Shown in pieces: positions 1-9,288 of a stretch of DNA of 64,000 bases. The DNA comes from Candidatus Latescibacterota bacterium (GTDB lineage: Bacteria > Latescibacterota > UBA2968 > GCA-2709665). How positions within the stretch are numbered: position 1 is the first letter of the stretch; the number at the start of each line of letters is the position of its first letter. The notes beneath the pieces were generated by a model that was given only the letters and a program-made list of their open reading frames with translations, did no database searches and was not told the origin of the DNA. Location of the stretch: the NCBI GenBank assembly GCA_965208835.1, contig OZ242358.1:4576001-4640000 (forward strand), written 5' to 3'. A program made the position numbers and the translations under genes.

Positions 1-65
1 GCAGCCCGTTGGATCTCAGTTGGAATGTCTTGCAAGTGAAACAGACGCCGCGAAAAGGAGGAACC

Positions 66-3000
66 ATGAGCAGGCTCAGGTTTTTGACGGGCGCTGTGGT
101 CGTTTTGTGTACCGTGTTCTTTGCCGCCAATGCGGTAATGGCCGCGACAACCGGCAAGATCGTCGGCCGCGTGACGGACGAGCAGGGGGAACCCCTGCCG
201 GGCGCGAGTGTGGCGATTGAGGAAGCCCGGCTGGGCGGAACGACCGATGCGGACGGATTCTACGTGATCGTCTCCGTAACGCCCGGCCAGTACAAGCTGA
301 CGGCATCGATGGTGGGGTATCACTCGGTGGTCAAAGAGCAGGTGGGCATACGGGTGGACTTCACCACAACGGTTGACTTTCAGCTTCGTGAAACCGAACT
401 GGAACTGGAAGAGATGGTGGTCGTCGCCGAGAGACCGCCGGTGGATCCCGATAAGACGGACAGCCGTTACGTCGTGACCGCCGAGGAGATCGAGCGAACC
501 CCCATTCTGAGAAACGTCACCGAGGTCCTGGAGCTGGAGCCGGGCTATGCCGTTGACGGCAGCGGCGCGATCCGGGGCTGGGTGGCCAGCCACAACGTCG
601 TCTACGTAGACGGCGTTCCTGTTTCCGGCAGAGACGGGCGCGGCATCGGCGGCGGATGGGGCGACGGCGGCGAGAGACAGTGGTACGGCGTCAACCTCAA
701 GGCGGTGCAGGAGGTCTCGGTCATCACGGGCGGTATGAACGCCGAGTACGGAAACGCGCAGGCAGGCGTCATCCAGATCGTAACGCGCGACGGCGGCGCG
801 CAATATCACGGCGAGGCGGAATATCGTCTCACCCCTGCCGGCAAGAAACACTGGGGCGAGAATGTCTACGAGGCGCCGGAACTGCGTGGAAACGCGAAGT
901 GGAACGATCCGGCGTGGACGTCCGAGGTGGACCCCGAAACGGGTAACCTCGTCCACCCGCGCACGAACTACACGGACTGGCGGGGCCACTACCTGGATGG
1001 GTTTCTCAGCGGTCCCCTGATGGGGAACTCGTCGTTCTTCGCCAGCGCCCGGCACCTGCGTGACGCCGCCGTGCTCCCCGGACCGTGGCGGACCCGGCCG
1101 GCAAACCTGAGGACCACGGCAAAGCTGACGGTCCCGGCGGGGTCGAACATGAAGCTGCGGATCGGATGGATGTACGACTTCTCGGAGAATTTCAACAACG
1201 GACGACTGTCCAGGTATAGCTTCCCGAACGTCATCCGGGGCCCGGGACGCGACCTCTTCATTCCCGATGGATCGATCGCGGGGGCGGAAAAACAGACCGA
1301 CAACATGATCTACGGTGTGATCACCCACACCATCAGCCCCAGGACGTTCTACGAAGTGAGCGTGTCTCGCTATGGAAGCCGGACGGACACCAGTGGCGTG
1401 GGGAATAAAACCACGTCCGTCAGGACCGACAGCGAAGGGTATTTCTACATCGGCCGGGAGGACGTCTGGGCATTCAAGGTCGGCGAGCAGAACCGTTTCA
1501 GCCTGAAGGCCGACCTGTCCAGCCAGATGACGCGGGGCCACTTCGCCAAGACCGGCTTCGAGTTCATGACGTTCGAGAACTGGTGGACGTGGACCGGCAT
1601 GACGCCCGGCGACGCGAAACGGGACATCCGTTACATCGGGCAGCCGGAACCCGGCGAGGCCGTGACGCCCAAACAGTTCGGCGCCTACGTCCAGGACAAG
1701 ATGGAGTTCGAGGGGTTGATCGTCAACGTCGGCCTGCGCTACGACCGCCTGTGGGGTCAGGACGTTCAGTTGCTGCCGTCGTTCACGTCGGGGTGGTACA
1801 ACGCGATGGATACGTTCATCCAGGCGCCCACCGGGCCCATGCGGACCATACAGGGCTGGAGCCCCAGGCTGGGTATCTCACACCCCATCACGGCCAGGTC
1901 CAGCATGCATTTCTACTACGGCCGATACATGATGATCCCCTCCTTCCGGCAGCAGTTCGGGAGCCATTGGGAGACGGCTTCCGGGCCGGACGGGATTCCC
2001 GGCGTCCCGTGGAGTCATTTCAACGCGAAAGACGAAAGCTACGGCGCCAACGTCATCAGTCCGGTCTGGGACCACGGTCACCCCACGACCAGTTTCGAGG
2101 TGGGTACGGACTGGAACTTCGTAAGCGACTACGTCTTCTCTTTGGCGGCGTTCTACAAGAGCGGCCATCTGCAGAGTACCGGCATCTGGCACGACGCCGT
2201 CGATCCTGTCACGGGCAGGACGGGCGCCATCGGGGGCACGTACGGTTCCGAACGCACGGAGGACGTCAAGGGGTTCGAGTTCAGCATGCGGAAGGGCTTC
2301 AGCAACTTCTTCGCGTTCCGCGCCGCAATGAACCTGGAGTGGCTGGAAGCCATCCACTGGCTGGGCGACGCCGAGACGGTTGCCAGCGTCCTGATCTATC
2401 CCGACCGGAGTTTCATCGCCAGCGGAAGGTATCACAAGGAATGGCGCGTCGCGGGTGGCCGCAGGGAACCCGTTCCGCTCACGGCGGAGGAGATCAAGAC
2501 GCTTGGCGACAAGGCGGAAGAGAACCTGCAAAAGGTCCGGGAGAATGTGAATGCCTTCAACGCCCGCGGCTCAGCGCCTCTCCAGCCGGCGTGGGAAGTC
2601 GAGGGCCTGACGGACGAAGCGAGAGAATGGCTTCAGGGCATCTGGTTTCAGAAGTTCTGGTTCAGCACCGGCAATATCTTCACGCGCGGACGCCGCAGCC
2701 AGGGCAGCCTTCAGATGTTCTTCTCCTCCCCGCTCGACTACGGTCCGGGCAAGCAGTACGCGGGCGCCACGCTGTTCGGCGGCATCAACGCCAACCTGAT
2801 CTACCGGATCTACACGGGCAGCAAATTCAATTACATCAAGCTGACCGGAGCCAACACGCCGGCGAGACGGCCCTTGCACACGGAGGCCGACCTGAACCTG
2901 CAGAAGCACTTCCGCTTCGGGAACGTGAACGCCGACGTGTTCGTGGAAGTGTTCAACCTGTTCAACCAGCAGGACGCCAGCGGCGTCACCGGTACGGACT

Positions 3001-3131
3001 ACATGTGGTGGGGGCTCCAGCAGCCCAGGCCCAACGACGCGACGTACCTCAATTACGGGGACGTTTCCGACCGTTCGCGCTATATAGGCAATCCCCGGAT
3101 AACGCACATGGGAATCAGGTTGAGCTTCTGA
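66..3131 (+). CDS. TonB-dependent outer-membrane receptor with N-terminal carboxypeptidase-regulatory-like domain and plug
   Basis: Signal peptide; GKIVGRVTDEQGEPLPGASV N-domain; plug motif VITGGMNAEYGNAQAGVIQIVTR; YVQDKMEFEGLIVNVGLRYD and SPRLGISHPIT barrel motifs; C-terminal Phe. ATG 66 follows GGAGG. Confidence 0.92.
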   Translation: MSRLRFLTGAVVVLCTVFFAANAVMAATTGKIVGRVTDEQGEPLPGASVAIEEARLGGTTDADGFYVIVSVTPGQYKLTASMVGYHSVVKEQVGIRVDFTTTVDFQLRETELELEEMVVVAERPPVDPDKTDSRYVVTAEEIERTPILRNVTEVLELEPGYAVDGSGAIRGWVASHNVVYVDGVPVSGRDGRGIGGGWGDGGERQWYGVNLKAVQEVSVITGGMNAEYGNAQAGVIQIVTRDGGAQYHGEAEYRLTPAGKKHWGENVYEAPELRGNAKWNDPAWTSEVDPETGNLVHPRTNYTDWRGHYLDGFLSGPLMGNSSFFASARHLRDAAVLPGPWRTRPANLRTTAKLTVPAGSNMKLRIGWMYDFSENFNNGRLSRYSFPNVIRGPGRDLFIPDGSIAGAEKQTDNMIYGVITHTISPRTFYEVSVSRYGSRTDTSGVGNKTTSVRTDSEGYFYIGREDVWAFKVGEQNRFSLKADLSSQMTRGHFAKTGFEFMTFENWWTWTGMTPGDAKRDIRYIGQPEPGEAVTPKQFGAYVQDKMEFEGLIVNVGLRYDRLWGQDVQLLPSFTSGWYNAMDTFIQAPTGPMRTIQGWSPRLGISHPITARSSMHFYYGRYMMIPSFRQQFGSHWETASGPDGIPGVPWSHFNAKDESYGANVISPVWDHGHPTTSFEVGTDWNFVSDYVFSLAAFYKSGHLQSTGIWHDAVDPVTGRTGAIGGTYGSERTEDVKGFEFSMRKGFSNFFAFRAAMNLEWLEAIHWLGDAETVASVLIYPDRSFIASGRYHKEWRVAGGRREPVPLTAEEIKTLGDKAEENLQKVRENVNAFNARGSAPLQPAWEVEGLTDEAREWLQGIWFQKFWFSTGNIFTRGRRSQGSLQMFFSSPLDYGPGKQYAGATLFGGINANLIYRIYTGSKFNYIKLTGANTPARRPLHTEADLNLQKHFRFGNVNADVFVEVFNLFNQQDASGVTGTDYMWWGLQQPRPNDATYLNYGDVSDRSRYIGNPRITHMGIRLSF

Positions 3132-3197
3132 CGTGAGTGCGCCCCTCCGGAGAAGGAGGGACCGAACTCATTGGTCATCTTTGAGGAGGTCAAAGAA

Positions 3198-5468
3198 ATG
3201 AAAAGGAATATCGTAAGCGGGATTGCGCTCATGGCTCTGGTGTTCAGCACCTCGGTCCACGCGGAACTCCGGGTCCAGTCCCGTGCGAAGGTATGGGACA
3301 TCTACTGGAACTCGGGCACGCAGGGTGTGCGCGCCGCCACGCCCATGAGCTGGTACCGGCCCGTGGGCATGGCTTATCCGGGAAGGTTCTGGGTGCAGTA
3401 CCCGCAGGAATTCATCGACTACTGGGGCACCCGGACCTGGGGCGTCCGGTCCGAGTGGGTGGTCTACTACAACGAATTGTGCGGCACCATGCCCGGCTGG
3501 AACCAGTTCATCGCGACAAGAGTCGGCGGTGATTACCACGTTTCCGAGTCGAAGGCAACGCTTGAATCGGAGGACGTAGTCCCCATGGCCTACGATCCTT
3601 CGCAGGGGCCGGAGAGCAATATCGGCTACCGGAAGGTATCTCCCCTGGGTCCCGTTATGGCCAACTGGTGGCCGGGGCAGCCCGCGCCGGGTCCCGCTTC
3701 GCCGGTGGAGATCCACAACTACCGGTACAGCGAATATATGGACGCCGACAAGGACAACTTTCCGGAGAGCATCATCGTCAGCAAATGGACCACAAAGAAC
3801 GGCATCACCGTAACGAAAAAGTCGTACGCATGGAGCTATCCGGACTTCGACGACTTCCAGATTATGGAATATACGTTCGAGAACACCGGAGATTCGGACG
3901 GTGACGGCGTGTCGGACCTCGGCGGCGGCGGGCTGCAGTTGAACGATACGTTCCTGATTTTCTCCACCCGCTTTTACGCCTCCCAGTGCGGCCAGGCCCA
4001 CTATGCGGGGGATTCATTCTTCCGGCGTACCATTCCGATCGCGCTGGACGATTGGTACAAATATACCGAAGCGGCCAACTTCGACGGTCCGGGCGATGCG
4101 TTGGGGCTCAAGATGTGGTATGCTTTTGATGCGGACAATCCCGACCTGCCCGGAAACGACATCGGCAAACCCTATAGTGAGGAACGCGCCAACCAGAGCT
4201 GGCACCAGTGCTGTCTCCAGCAGACGAAAATCGAGGGGGAGATGGGGGCCTTCCAGTACATCGGCGCCGCCCCGCTGGCATACACGCCCGGATCGGTCAA
4301 CGATGCCTCGACCTTTACCTTCGACACCGGCGGAGACGCGAGCTTTATCGAGCCACGGGTGGCCGACCAGCCCCACACGGTCAAATGGTGGGACTACAGG
4401 GACCGAACGGATTTTTCGGAACCGGGTTCGGAAAACATGAGCTCCGAGCAGATCTACAGCGAACTGACGAGTCCCGCGCCATTCATAAAGGACAATCCCA
4501 CCACGATAGACGGGCTCGTCGCTTCCTTCGCCTATGGGCCGTACGACATGGCCCCCGGAGACAAGGTGAGAATCGTCTACGCCCTGGTGGCGGCCGCGCC
4601 GGTGGAGGAGAATATCTATGGTTGGGCCAAGCAGAGCCGGCAGGAAGATATGCTGTCGGACAAGCCCATGAACAACCTGCTCAAACACCACAAGGCCGCG
4701 GCCGACGCCTTCAGGTGGAACTACGATCTGCCCGATCCCCCGCCTGACGTCAAGACGGAAACCACCGCGTCGGTCGACGGATTCAACCTGATCAAGTGGA
4801 CCGACGCAGGCGACAATGCGACCGACCCCGACTACACCGGCGCCGAGGCGCAGGACATCGTGGGCTACCGGGTCTACCGCTCGGACTATAAAATCGACGA
4901 CTGGAAGCTGATGGCCGATGTCTCGCTGAAGGACCCGGAGTACTATAGCGGCGGCACCTACCAGGTTGAAGACAGAAGGTCCGTTGCGGGTTTCGAGTAC
5001 ACCTACCGCGTGGCCGCCTACGACTCGGGCCACGACGACTGGAACGGGACCGGGATGGCCATTCCGTCCATGGAAGGTGGCAACAGTGCGCCCGAGCAGT
5101 GGGCGGGCGGCGTTATGACCAGCGTACCCTTCGTGCCGGCCAACGCTTCGGCGGACCAGCTGGCGCGAGACGTGATCGTCGTCCCCAATCCGCACAAGGT
5201 GGACGGGGCCCACAACTATCCGTCAGCGGGGTTGATACGGTTTACGAATATCCCGCAAAAATGCACGATCCGGATCTACACCGTTGCGGGCGAGCTTGCC
5301 GCCTTGATTGAACACGAAGACCCCGCCCGGGGCGAAGCCGGATGGAACCAGATCCCCCACTCGCGCGGCGGTGACGTGCCCGCCGGCGTCTACTACTGGA
5401 TCGTCGAATCCCAGATGCCGGGGAGCGCGGGCCAGACACAGCGCGGAACGTTGATGATCATCAAGTAG
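3198..5468 (+). CDS. Secreted protein with FN3-like domain and C-terminal T9SS/FlgD-like sorting domain
   Basis: Signal peptide; GYRVYRS...YTYRVAAYD FN3 strands; C-terminus VIVVPNP..IRIYTVAGEL..WN..VPAGVYYW..LMIIK. ATG 3198 follows GAGGAGG. Confidence 0.75.
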   Translation: MKRNIVSGIALMALVFSTSVHAELRVQSRAKVWDIYWNSGTQGVRAATPMSWYRPVGMAYPGRFWVQYPQEFIDYWGTRTWGVRSEWVVYYNELCGTMPGWNQFIATRVGGDYHVSESKATLESEDVVPMAYDPSQGPESNIGYRKVSPLGPVMANWWPGQPAPGPASPVEIHNYRYSEYMDADKDNFPESIIVSKWTTKNGITVTKKSYAWSYPDFDDFQIMEYTFENTGDSDGDGVSDLGGGGLQLNDTFLIFSTRFYASQCGQAHYAGDSFFRRTIPIALDDWYKYTEAANFDGPGDALGLKMWYAFDADNPDLPGNDIGKPYSEERANQSWHQCCLQQTKIEGEMGAFQYIGAAPLAYTPGSVNDASTFTFDTGGDASFIEPRVADQPHTVKWWDYRDRTDFSEPGSENMSSEQIYSELTSPAPFIKDNPTTIDGLVASFAYGPYDMAPGDKVRIVYALVAAAPVEENIYGWAKQSRQEDMLSDKPMNNLLKHHKAAADAFRWNYDLPDPPPDVKTETTASVDGFNLIKWTDAGDNATDPDYTGAEAQDIVGYRVYRSDYKIDDWKLMADVSLKDPEYYSGGTYQVEDRRSVAGFEYTYRVAAYDSGHDDWNGTGMAIPSMEGGNSAPEQWAGGVMTSVPFVPANASADQLARDVIVVPNPHKVDGAHNYPSAGLIRFTNIPQKCTIRIYTVAGELAALIEHEDPARGEAGWNQIPHSRGGDVPAGVYYWIVESQMPGSAGQTQRGTLMIIK

Positions 5469-5527
5469 GGGCAGATCTCTATTTCTGCTCGGCTCAGGTC
5501 CATACTGAAACTTAAGGAGATGACGCG

Positions 5528-6481
5528 ATGAAACGGACGTTGTGGATCGGACTGACAGCGGCGGTGATCTGCGCCCTGCTCTACCCCCGGGGGGCGGACG
5601 CCCAGGACCAGCGGCGGTTGGCGCGGATGGTCCTCCCTGTTCTGAAGATCGATCATGGAGCACGAATGGCCGGTATGGGCGGTGCGTTCGTGGCCGTATC
5701 GGACAATATCGATGCCATATTTTCGAATCCCGCCGGACTTACGCATATCGAACGCGCCGCGTTTACGCTCGGATACACCCGGTGGCTGATGAACGACCAC
5801 ATCCTTACGGGCGGGATGGCCTACAACACGGCGTACGGGGTTCTGGGTGTTAACGTCGTTACCTTCAGCCCCCACGAGTTCGAAGAGACGACCATTTTCC
5901 AGCCCACCGGGACCGGACGGTACCCGGATATGGGCGATCTCTCGCTGGGCGTGGTCTACGCCAGGAAACTGACGGACAAACTCTCCGTCGGCTCGATGTT
6001 CCGCTGGACCCAACAGACCCTCGATACCGACCGCCTGAACGCGTGGGACGTCGGCGTATCCACGTTTTTCTATACCGGTTTCAGGAGCCTGCGCCTCGGC
6101 ATGACGTTCGAGAACATGGGCAAGGACGTCAAGGTGATTGACGACGTCAGGAAGATGCCGGTTGCCTTCAGCACGGCCGCGGCAATGGAAATTGTCGGCG
6201 CCACGGGCGACCCCACCTATATCACGGTAACCTTCGAAAATTCCTACGCCACGGATTTCGCCGACCCGCAGTACCGGTTCGGCGGCGAACTCTGGCTTCA
6301 GAACAACTTTGCCCTCCGGGCGGGCTATAAGGCGAACTTCGACGAAGAGTCGTGGACGCTCGGAGCGGGTTTGAAATTCTCGATGCCGAACGGGCGGATC
6401 GTGCAGGCCGACGTCGCGTACAGCGATTTCGGCACGTATCTGGATGCCCCGCTGCGGTTCACGCTGAGCGGCGCATTCTAA
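5528..6481 (+). CDS. PorV/PorQ family outer-membrane beta-barrel
   Basis: LKIDHGARMAGMGGAFVAVSDNIDAIFSNPAGL signature; signal peptide; C-terminal Phe; AAGGAG RBS. Confidence 0.88.
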   Translation: MKRTLWIGLTAAVICALLYPRGADAQDQRRLARMVLPVLKIDHGARMAGMGGAFVAVSDNIDAIFSNPAGLTHIERAAFTLGYTRWLMNDHILTGGMAYNTAYGVLGVNVVTFSPHEFEETTIFQPTGTGRYPDMGDLSLGVVYARKLTDKLSVGSMFRWTQQTLDTDRLNAWDVGVSTFFYTGFRSLRLGMTFENMGKDVKVIDDVRKMPVAFSTAAAMEIVGATGDPTYITVTFENSYATDFADPQYRFGGELWLQNNFALRAGYKANFDEESWTLGAGLKFSMPNGRIVQADVAYSDFGTYLDAPLRFTLSGAF

Positions 6482-6506
6482 GCTTTCAGGAAGCATCTTG
6501 TAAAAG

Positions 6507-6542
6507 AGAAATGGCGGTCCTCAGGGATTGCCATTTCTTTTT
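6507..6542 (+). terminator. Rho-independent terminator ending the TBDR-cargo-PorV operon
   Basis: agaaatggcggtcc / ggattgccatttct stem (G-U pairs) followed by a T run, 25 nt after the PorV stop. Confidence 0.7.
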
Positions 6543-6564
6543 ATCCTCATTTGCTCAAAATGCC

Positions 6565-6599
6565 GAACTTACATGGATGGGCAGGATAGGCAGGATCAA
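6565..6599 (+). repeat. Dispersed caggat-type repeat, copy 1
   Basis: gaacttacatggatgggcaggataggcaggatcaa matches the reverse complement of 19028-19062 at 32/35 positions. Confidence 0.8.
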
Positions 6600-6669
6600 A
6601 AACGATCAGGACTGTCGCGGGGAGCATCCGATAGTTTGCCCTTTTTTCACAACATTGACCGGGCATCCT

Positions 6670-6747
6670 GAGCCGCTCCCTGAGCTTGTCGAAGGGTCGG
6701 CGAAGGAAAAAGGGAGCCGAAACGCGGGCGCTTCGACAAGCTCAGCG
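6670..6747. repeat. REP/REPIN-like palindromic element, copy 1
   Basis: Inverted arms ctgagcttgtcgaag ... cttcgacaagctcag; a related inverted copy lies at 28763-28864. Confidence 0.8.
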
Positions 6748-7015
6748 TCCCCGTTTGGGCAAGTTTCTCTCTAACGTAGCAGGCATAATAGATGTCAACC
6801 ATTTACTGCTCCCGGCAATAAGCAGGATTGATAAAGATTAAACAGGATAAGAAACCAAGAGCAGGATCCCAGGGTTACGACACACGCCTTTCCGCATCGA
6901 TACCTTCTACGTCTTTTGTGCTTTTTGTGGCCGATACGACGGTTTTCTTTTCTCGAATTATGTTTAATGTTCAGTCATCGGATTCTGCCGCCGGCGCGGC
7001 GGTGAGGGGCGAAGT

Positions 7016-8227
7016 GTGGGTCGATTTCGGAAGATCTGTCTGACGTGCGATGTGCAGCAGGATGCCCAGGCCTTGAACTGCGGCTTCTGCGCGGGACCTC
7101 TGGGATTTCGATACCACTATCACGACGTTGCATGGGACGACCGCTTCGACGGTACCATGTGGCGCTACTGGCCCCTGCTTCCGGTAGACGCCCCCGATGG
7201 CGCCGTGACCCTGGGCGAAGGCGGTACCCCTCTGCTGCCCGCCCGGAGCTTCGACGGACACCAGGTCTATCTGAAGGACGAGACCCGCAACCCCACCGGA
7301 TCCCATAAGGATCGTTCGCTCTCGGTTGCGATCACACACGCGAAGGCCATCGGCGCGGATGTTTCCGTCATCGTATCGACAGGCAGCGCGGGCATCTCGA
7401 ACGCCGCGCTGGCCGCACGGGCGGGCATGCGCAGCGTCGTGGTCATGACCGGGGGAACGCCGCCCGATCGGCTTTACCCCATGTACGGCCTGGGCGCGGT
7501 GCTTGTCGAGGTGAAGGCCCTGATCGATCCGATCGTGCAGGGGGTGATTGATGTCTGTCGTGAACATGGACTCTATCTGAGCACCACCAGCCGGAATTCC
7601 AATCCCTACCAATCCGAGGGGAACAAAACCATCGCCTTCGAGATTGTGGAGGAACTCGGCAAGGCGCCGGACTGGGTCGTGGTTCCCGTGGGTGGCGGCG
7701 GCACCGTATCGGGGGTCTGGCGGGGGTTTCAGGATTGTCTGGCGCTCGGACTCACTGACGCCCTTCCCAGAATGATCGGCGTGGTGCCTCGAGACTACAA
7801 TGCGCTGGAGGCGGCCATTGAACGCGGATTGAACCGCTGGGAAGACGTGCTGGCGCTGCCCTATGACAACCCGCCGCCTTCCATTCTGGTGAAACTCGCC
7901 CACGGCTACCCCCCGGACGGCATGGAAGCCCTGGAGACCATACGTTCGTCGAGCGGTTTTTTCATTTCCGTCACGGACGAGGAAGCCCTTTCAGCCCAGG
8001 AAGCCTGCGGACGGCGGGAAGGACTGTTCGTGGAGCCGTCCACGGGCGCATGCCTGGCCGGCACAACCCGTCTGATGGACTCGGGACAGGTCCGTCCCGA
8101 AGACGTCGTCGTCGCCATCGTCAGCGGTTCCGGCTATCGCGAAACCGCGTGTACCATGGCCGTACGTCCACTCGCGACACAGGCGATTTCCATAGAAGAA
8201 CTGTCCGATACCCTTTCGGAACTCTAA
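7016..8227 (+). CDS. Threonine-synthase-like fold-type II PLP enzyme with N-terminal Zn ribbon
   Basis: CLTC..CGFC; MWRYWPLLP; VTLGEGGTPL; LKDETRNPTGSHKDR (PLP Lys); EGNKTIAFEI; VEPSTG. Confidence 0.85.
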   Translation: MGRFRKICLTCDVQQDAQALNCGFCAGPLGFRYHYHDVAWDDRFDGTMWRYWPLLPVDAPDGAVTLGEGGTPLLPARSFDGHQVYLKDETRNPTGSHKDRSLSVAITHAKAIGADVSVIVSTGSAGISNAALAARAGMRSVVVMTGGTPPDRLYPMYGLGAVLVEVKALIDPIVQGVIDVCREHGLYLSTTSRNSNPYQSEGNKTIAFEIVEELGKAPDWVVVPVGGGGTVSGVWRGFQDCLALGLTDALPRMIGVVPRDYNALEAAIERGLNRWEDVLALPYDNPPPSILVKLAHGYPPDGMEALETIRSSSGFFISVTDEEALSAQEACGRREGLFVEPSTGACLAGTTRLMDSGQVRPEDVVVAIVSGSGYRETACTMAVRPLATQAISIEELSDTLSEL

Positions 8228-8239
8228 AGGAACGAAAGA

Positions 8240-9262
8240 ATGTCACTGCATCTTGCAAAGTGGCGTCGTCGCGAAGAGCCGATCCTGTCCGCGCTGACCA
8301 CCCGCCAGGACTGGTGCCGGGTTGAACTCTACAATCCGACGGTGATCCGCGCGGCGGACAGGTACATGATGTGGTACATCGCTCAAGGTACCGCTACCCG
8401 TACAGACGATTCGGTCGTGGGCTTTGCCGAATCGGACGACGGAATCCACTGGAACGAGCACCCGGACAACCCCATCCTCACCCGCGACGATCTGCCGGCC
8501 TGCGACGCCTGGCAGACACCCCACGTGATCTTCGACGCGGACGAAGGCCTGTTCAAGATGTGGTTCATCATGTCGACCGTGGTCCGGGGCGGTCCAACCT
8601 GGCTCGTGAGCTTCGCGCAGCAACTGGGTTATGCCACCAGCCGCGACGGGCTGAAATGGGACGTACATCCGGAGCCGATCTATCACAGCGGGCGACGTCC
8701 GTGCGTGATCAAGGACGGTCCTGGTGCCTACCGGATGTGGATGAACTCATCGCCGACGCCCGACGGAAGCTTCGACGACCTGGTACATCACATCTATCGC
8801 TTCGAATCCACGGACGGCCTCCGCTGGACGCGCGACCCCGAACCCGCCGTGAGCTTCAACGAGAAACTCAGGGGAACGGTCTATCCATTCGTCATGCGCG
8901 ACGGCGACGGATATATCATGTGGTACGGCGCCTGGCCCGCCGGCGGCGAAGTGGTGATCGACACGGGGTCCGAATCGCCGCTGGTCCGCCCCGTATTCGA
9001 AATCTACTGCTCCACGTCGTCCGATGGCCTCGTCTGGACCCACCACCACGACGCGCCCGCCCTGCCGGCAACGCGGGATCCGAACCACTACGACGGGCGG
9101 TATACCTCCACGCCGTGCGTCGTGGACGGCGGGGACCGCTATCTGATGTATTATTCGGCCCGCGATTGGGGTACCCTCTACAGGACGGGCGCCGACACGC
9201 TTGGCATCGACAGAGCCGGAATCTACCGCCACATCGGCGTGGCCGAGAGCGACAGGACCTGA
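8240..9262 (+). CDS. Five-bladed beta-propeller glycoside-hydrolase-like protein (paralog A1)
   Basis: Repeated blades MWY...GFAESDDGIHW, GYATSRDGLKW, ESTDGLRW, TSSDGLVW; no signal peptide. Confidence 0.7.
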   Translation: MSLHLAKWRRREEPILSALTTRQDWCRVELYNPTVIRAADRYMMWYIAQGTATRTDDSVVGFAESDDGIHWNEHPDNPILTRDDLPACDAWQTPHVIFDADEGLFKMWFIMSTVVRGGPTWLVSFAQQLGYATSRDGLKWDVHPEPIYHSGRRPCVIKDGPGAYRMWMNSSPTPDGSFDDLVHHIYRFESTDGLRWTRDPEPAVSFNEKLRGTVYPFVMRDGDGYIMWYGAWPAGGEVVIDTGSESPLVRPVFEIYCSTSSDGLVWTHHHDAPALPATRDPNHYDGRYTSTPCVVDGGDRYLMYYSARDWGTLYRTGADTLGIDRAGIYRHIGVAESDRT

Positions 9263-9288
9263 AATGTCGGCGATGAAGAGGAGAACGA

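Noticed and set aside
1583-3136. 517 aa alternative-frame ORF, and many similar long overlapping or antisense ORFs (e.g. 16856-18577, 48092-50233)
   Set aside because: Arg/Gly/Pro-rich shadows of high-GC genes; they overlap genes with clear motifs.
3143-3160. ccctcc/ggaggg hairpin after the TBDR
   Set aside because: Only a 6 bp stem with no T tract; not supportable as a terminator.
6565-6950. Possible CRISPR array
   Set aside because: No regularly spaced identical repeats with unique spacers and no cas genes.
7016-8227. Gene symbol thrC
   Set aside because: Family is clear, but context and motif changes leave orthology uncertain.
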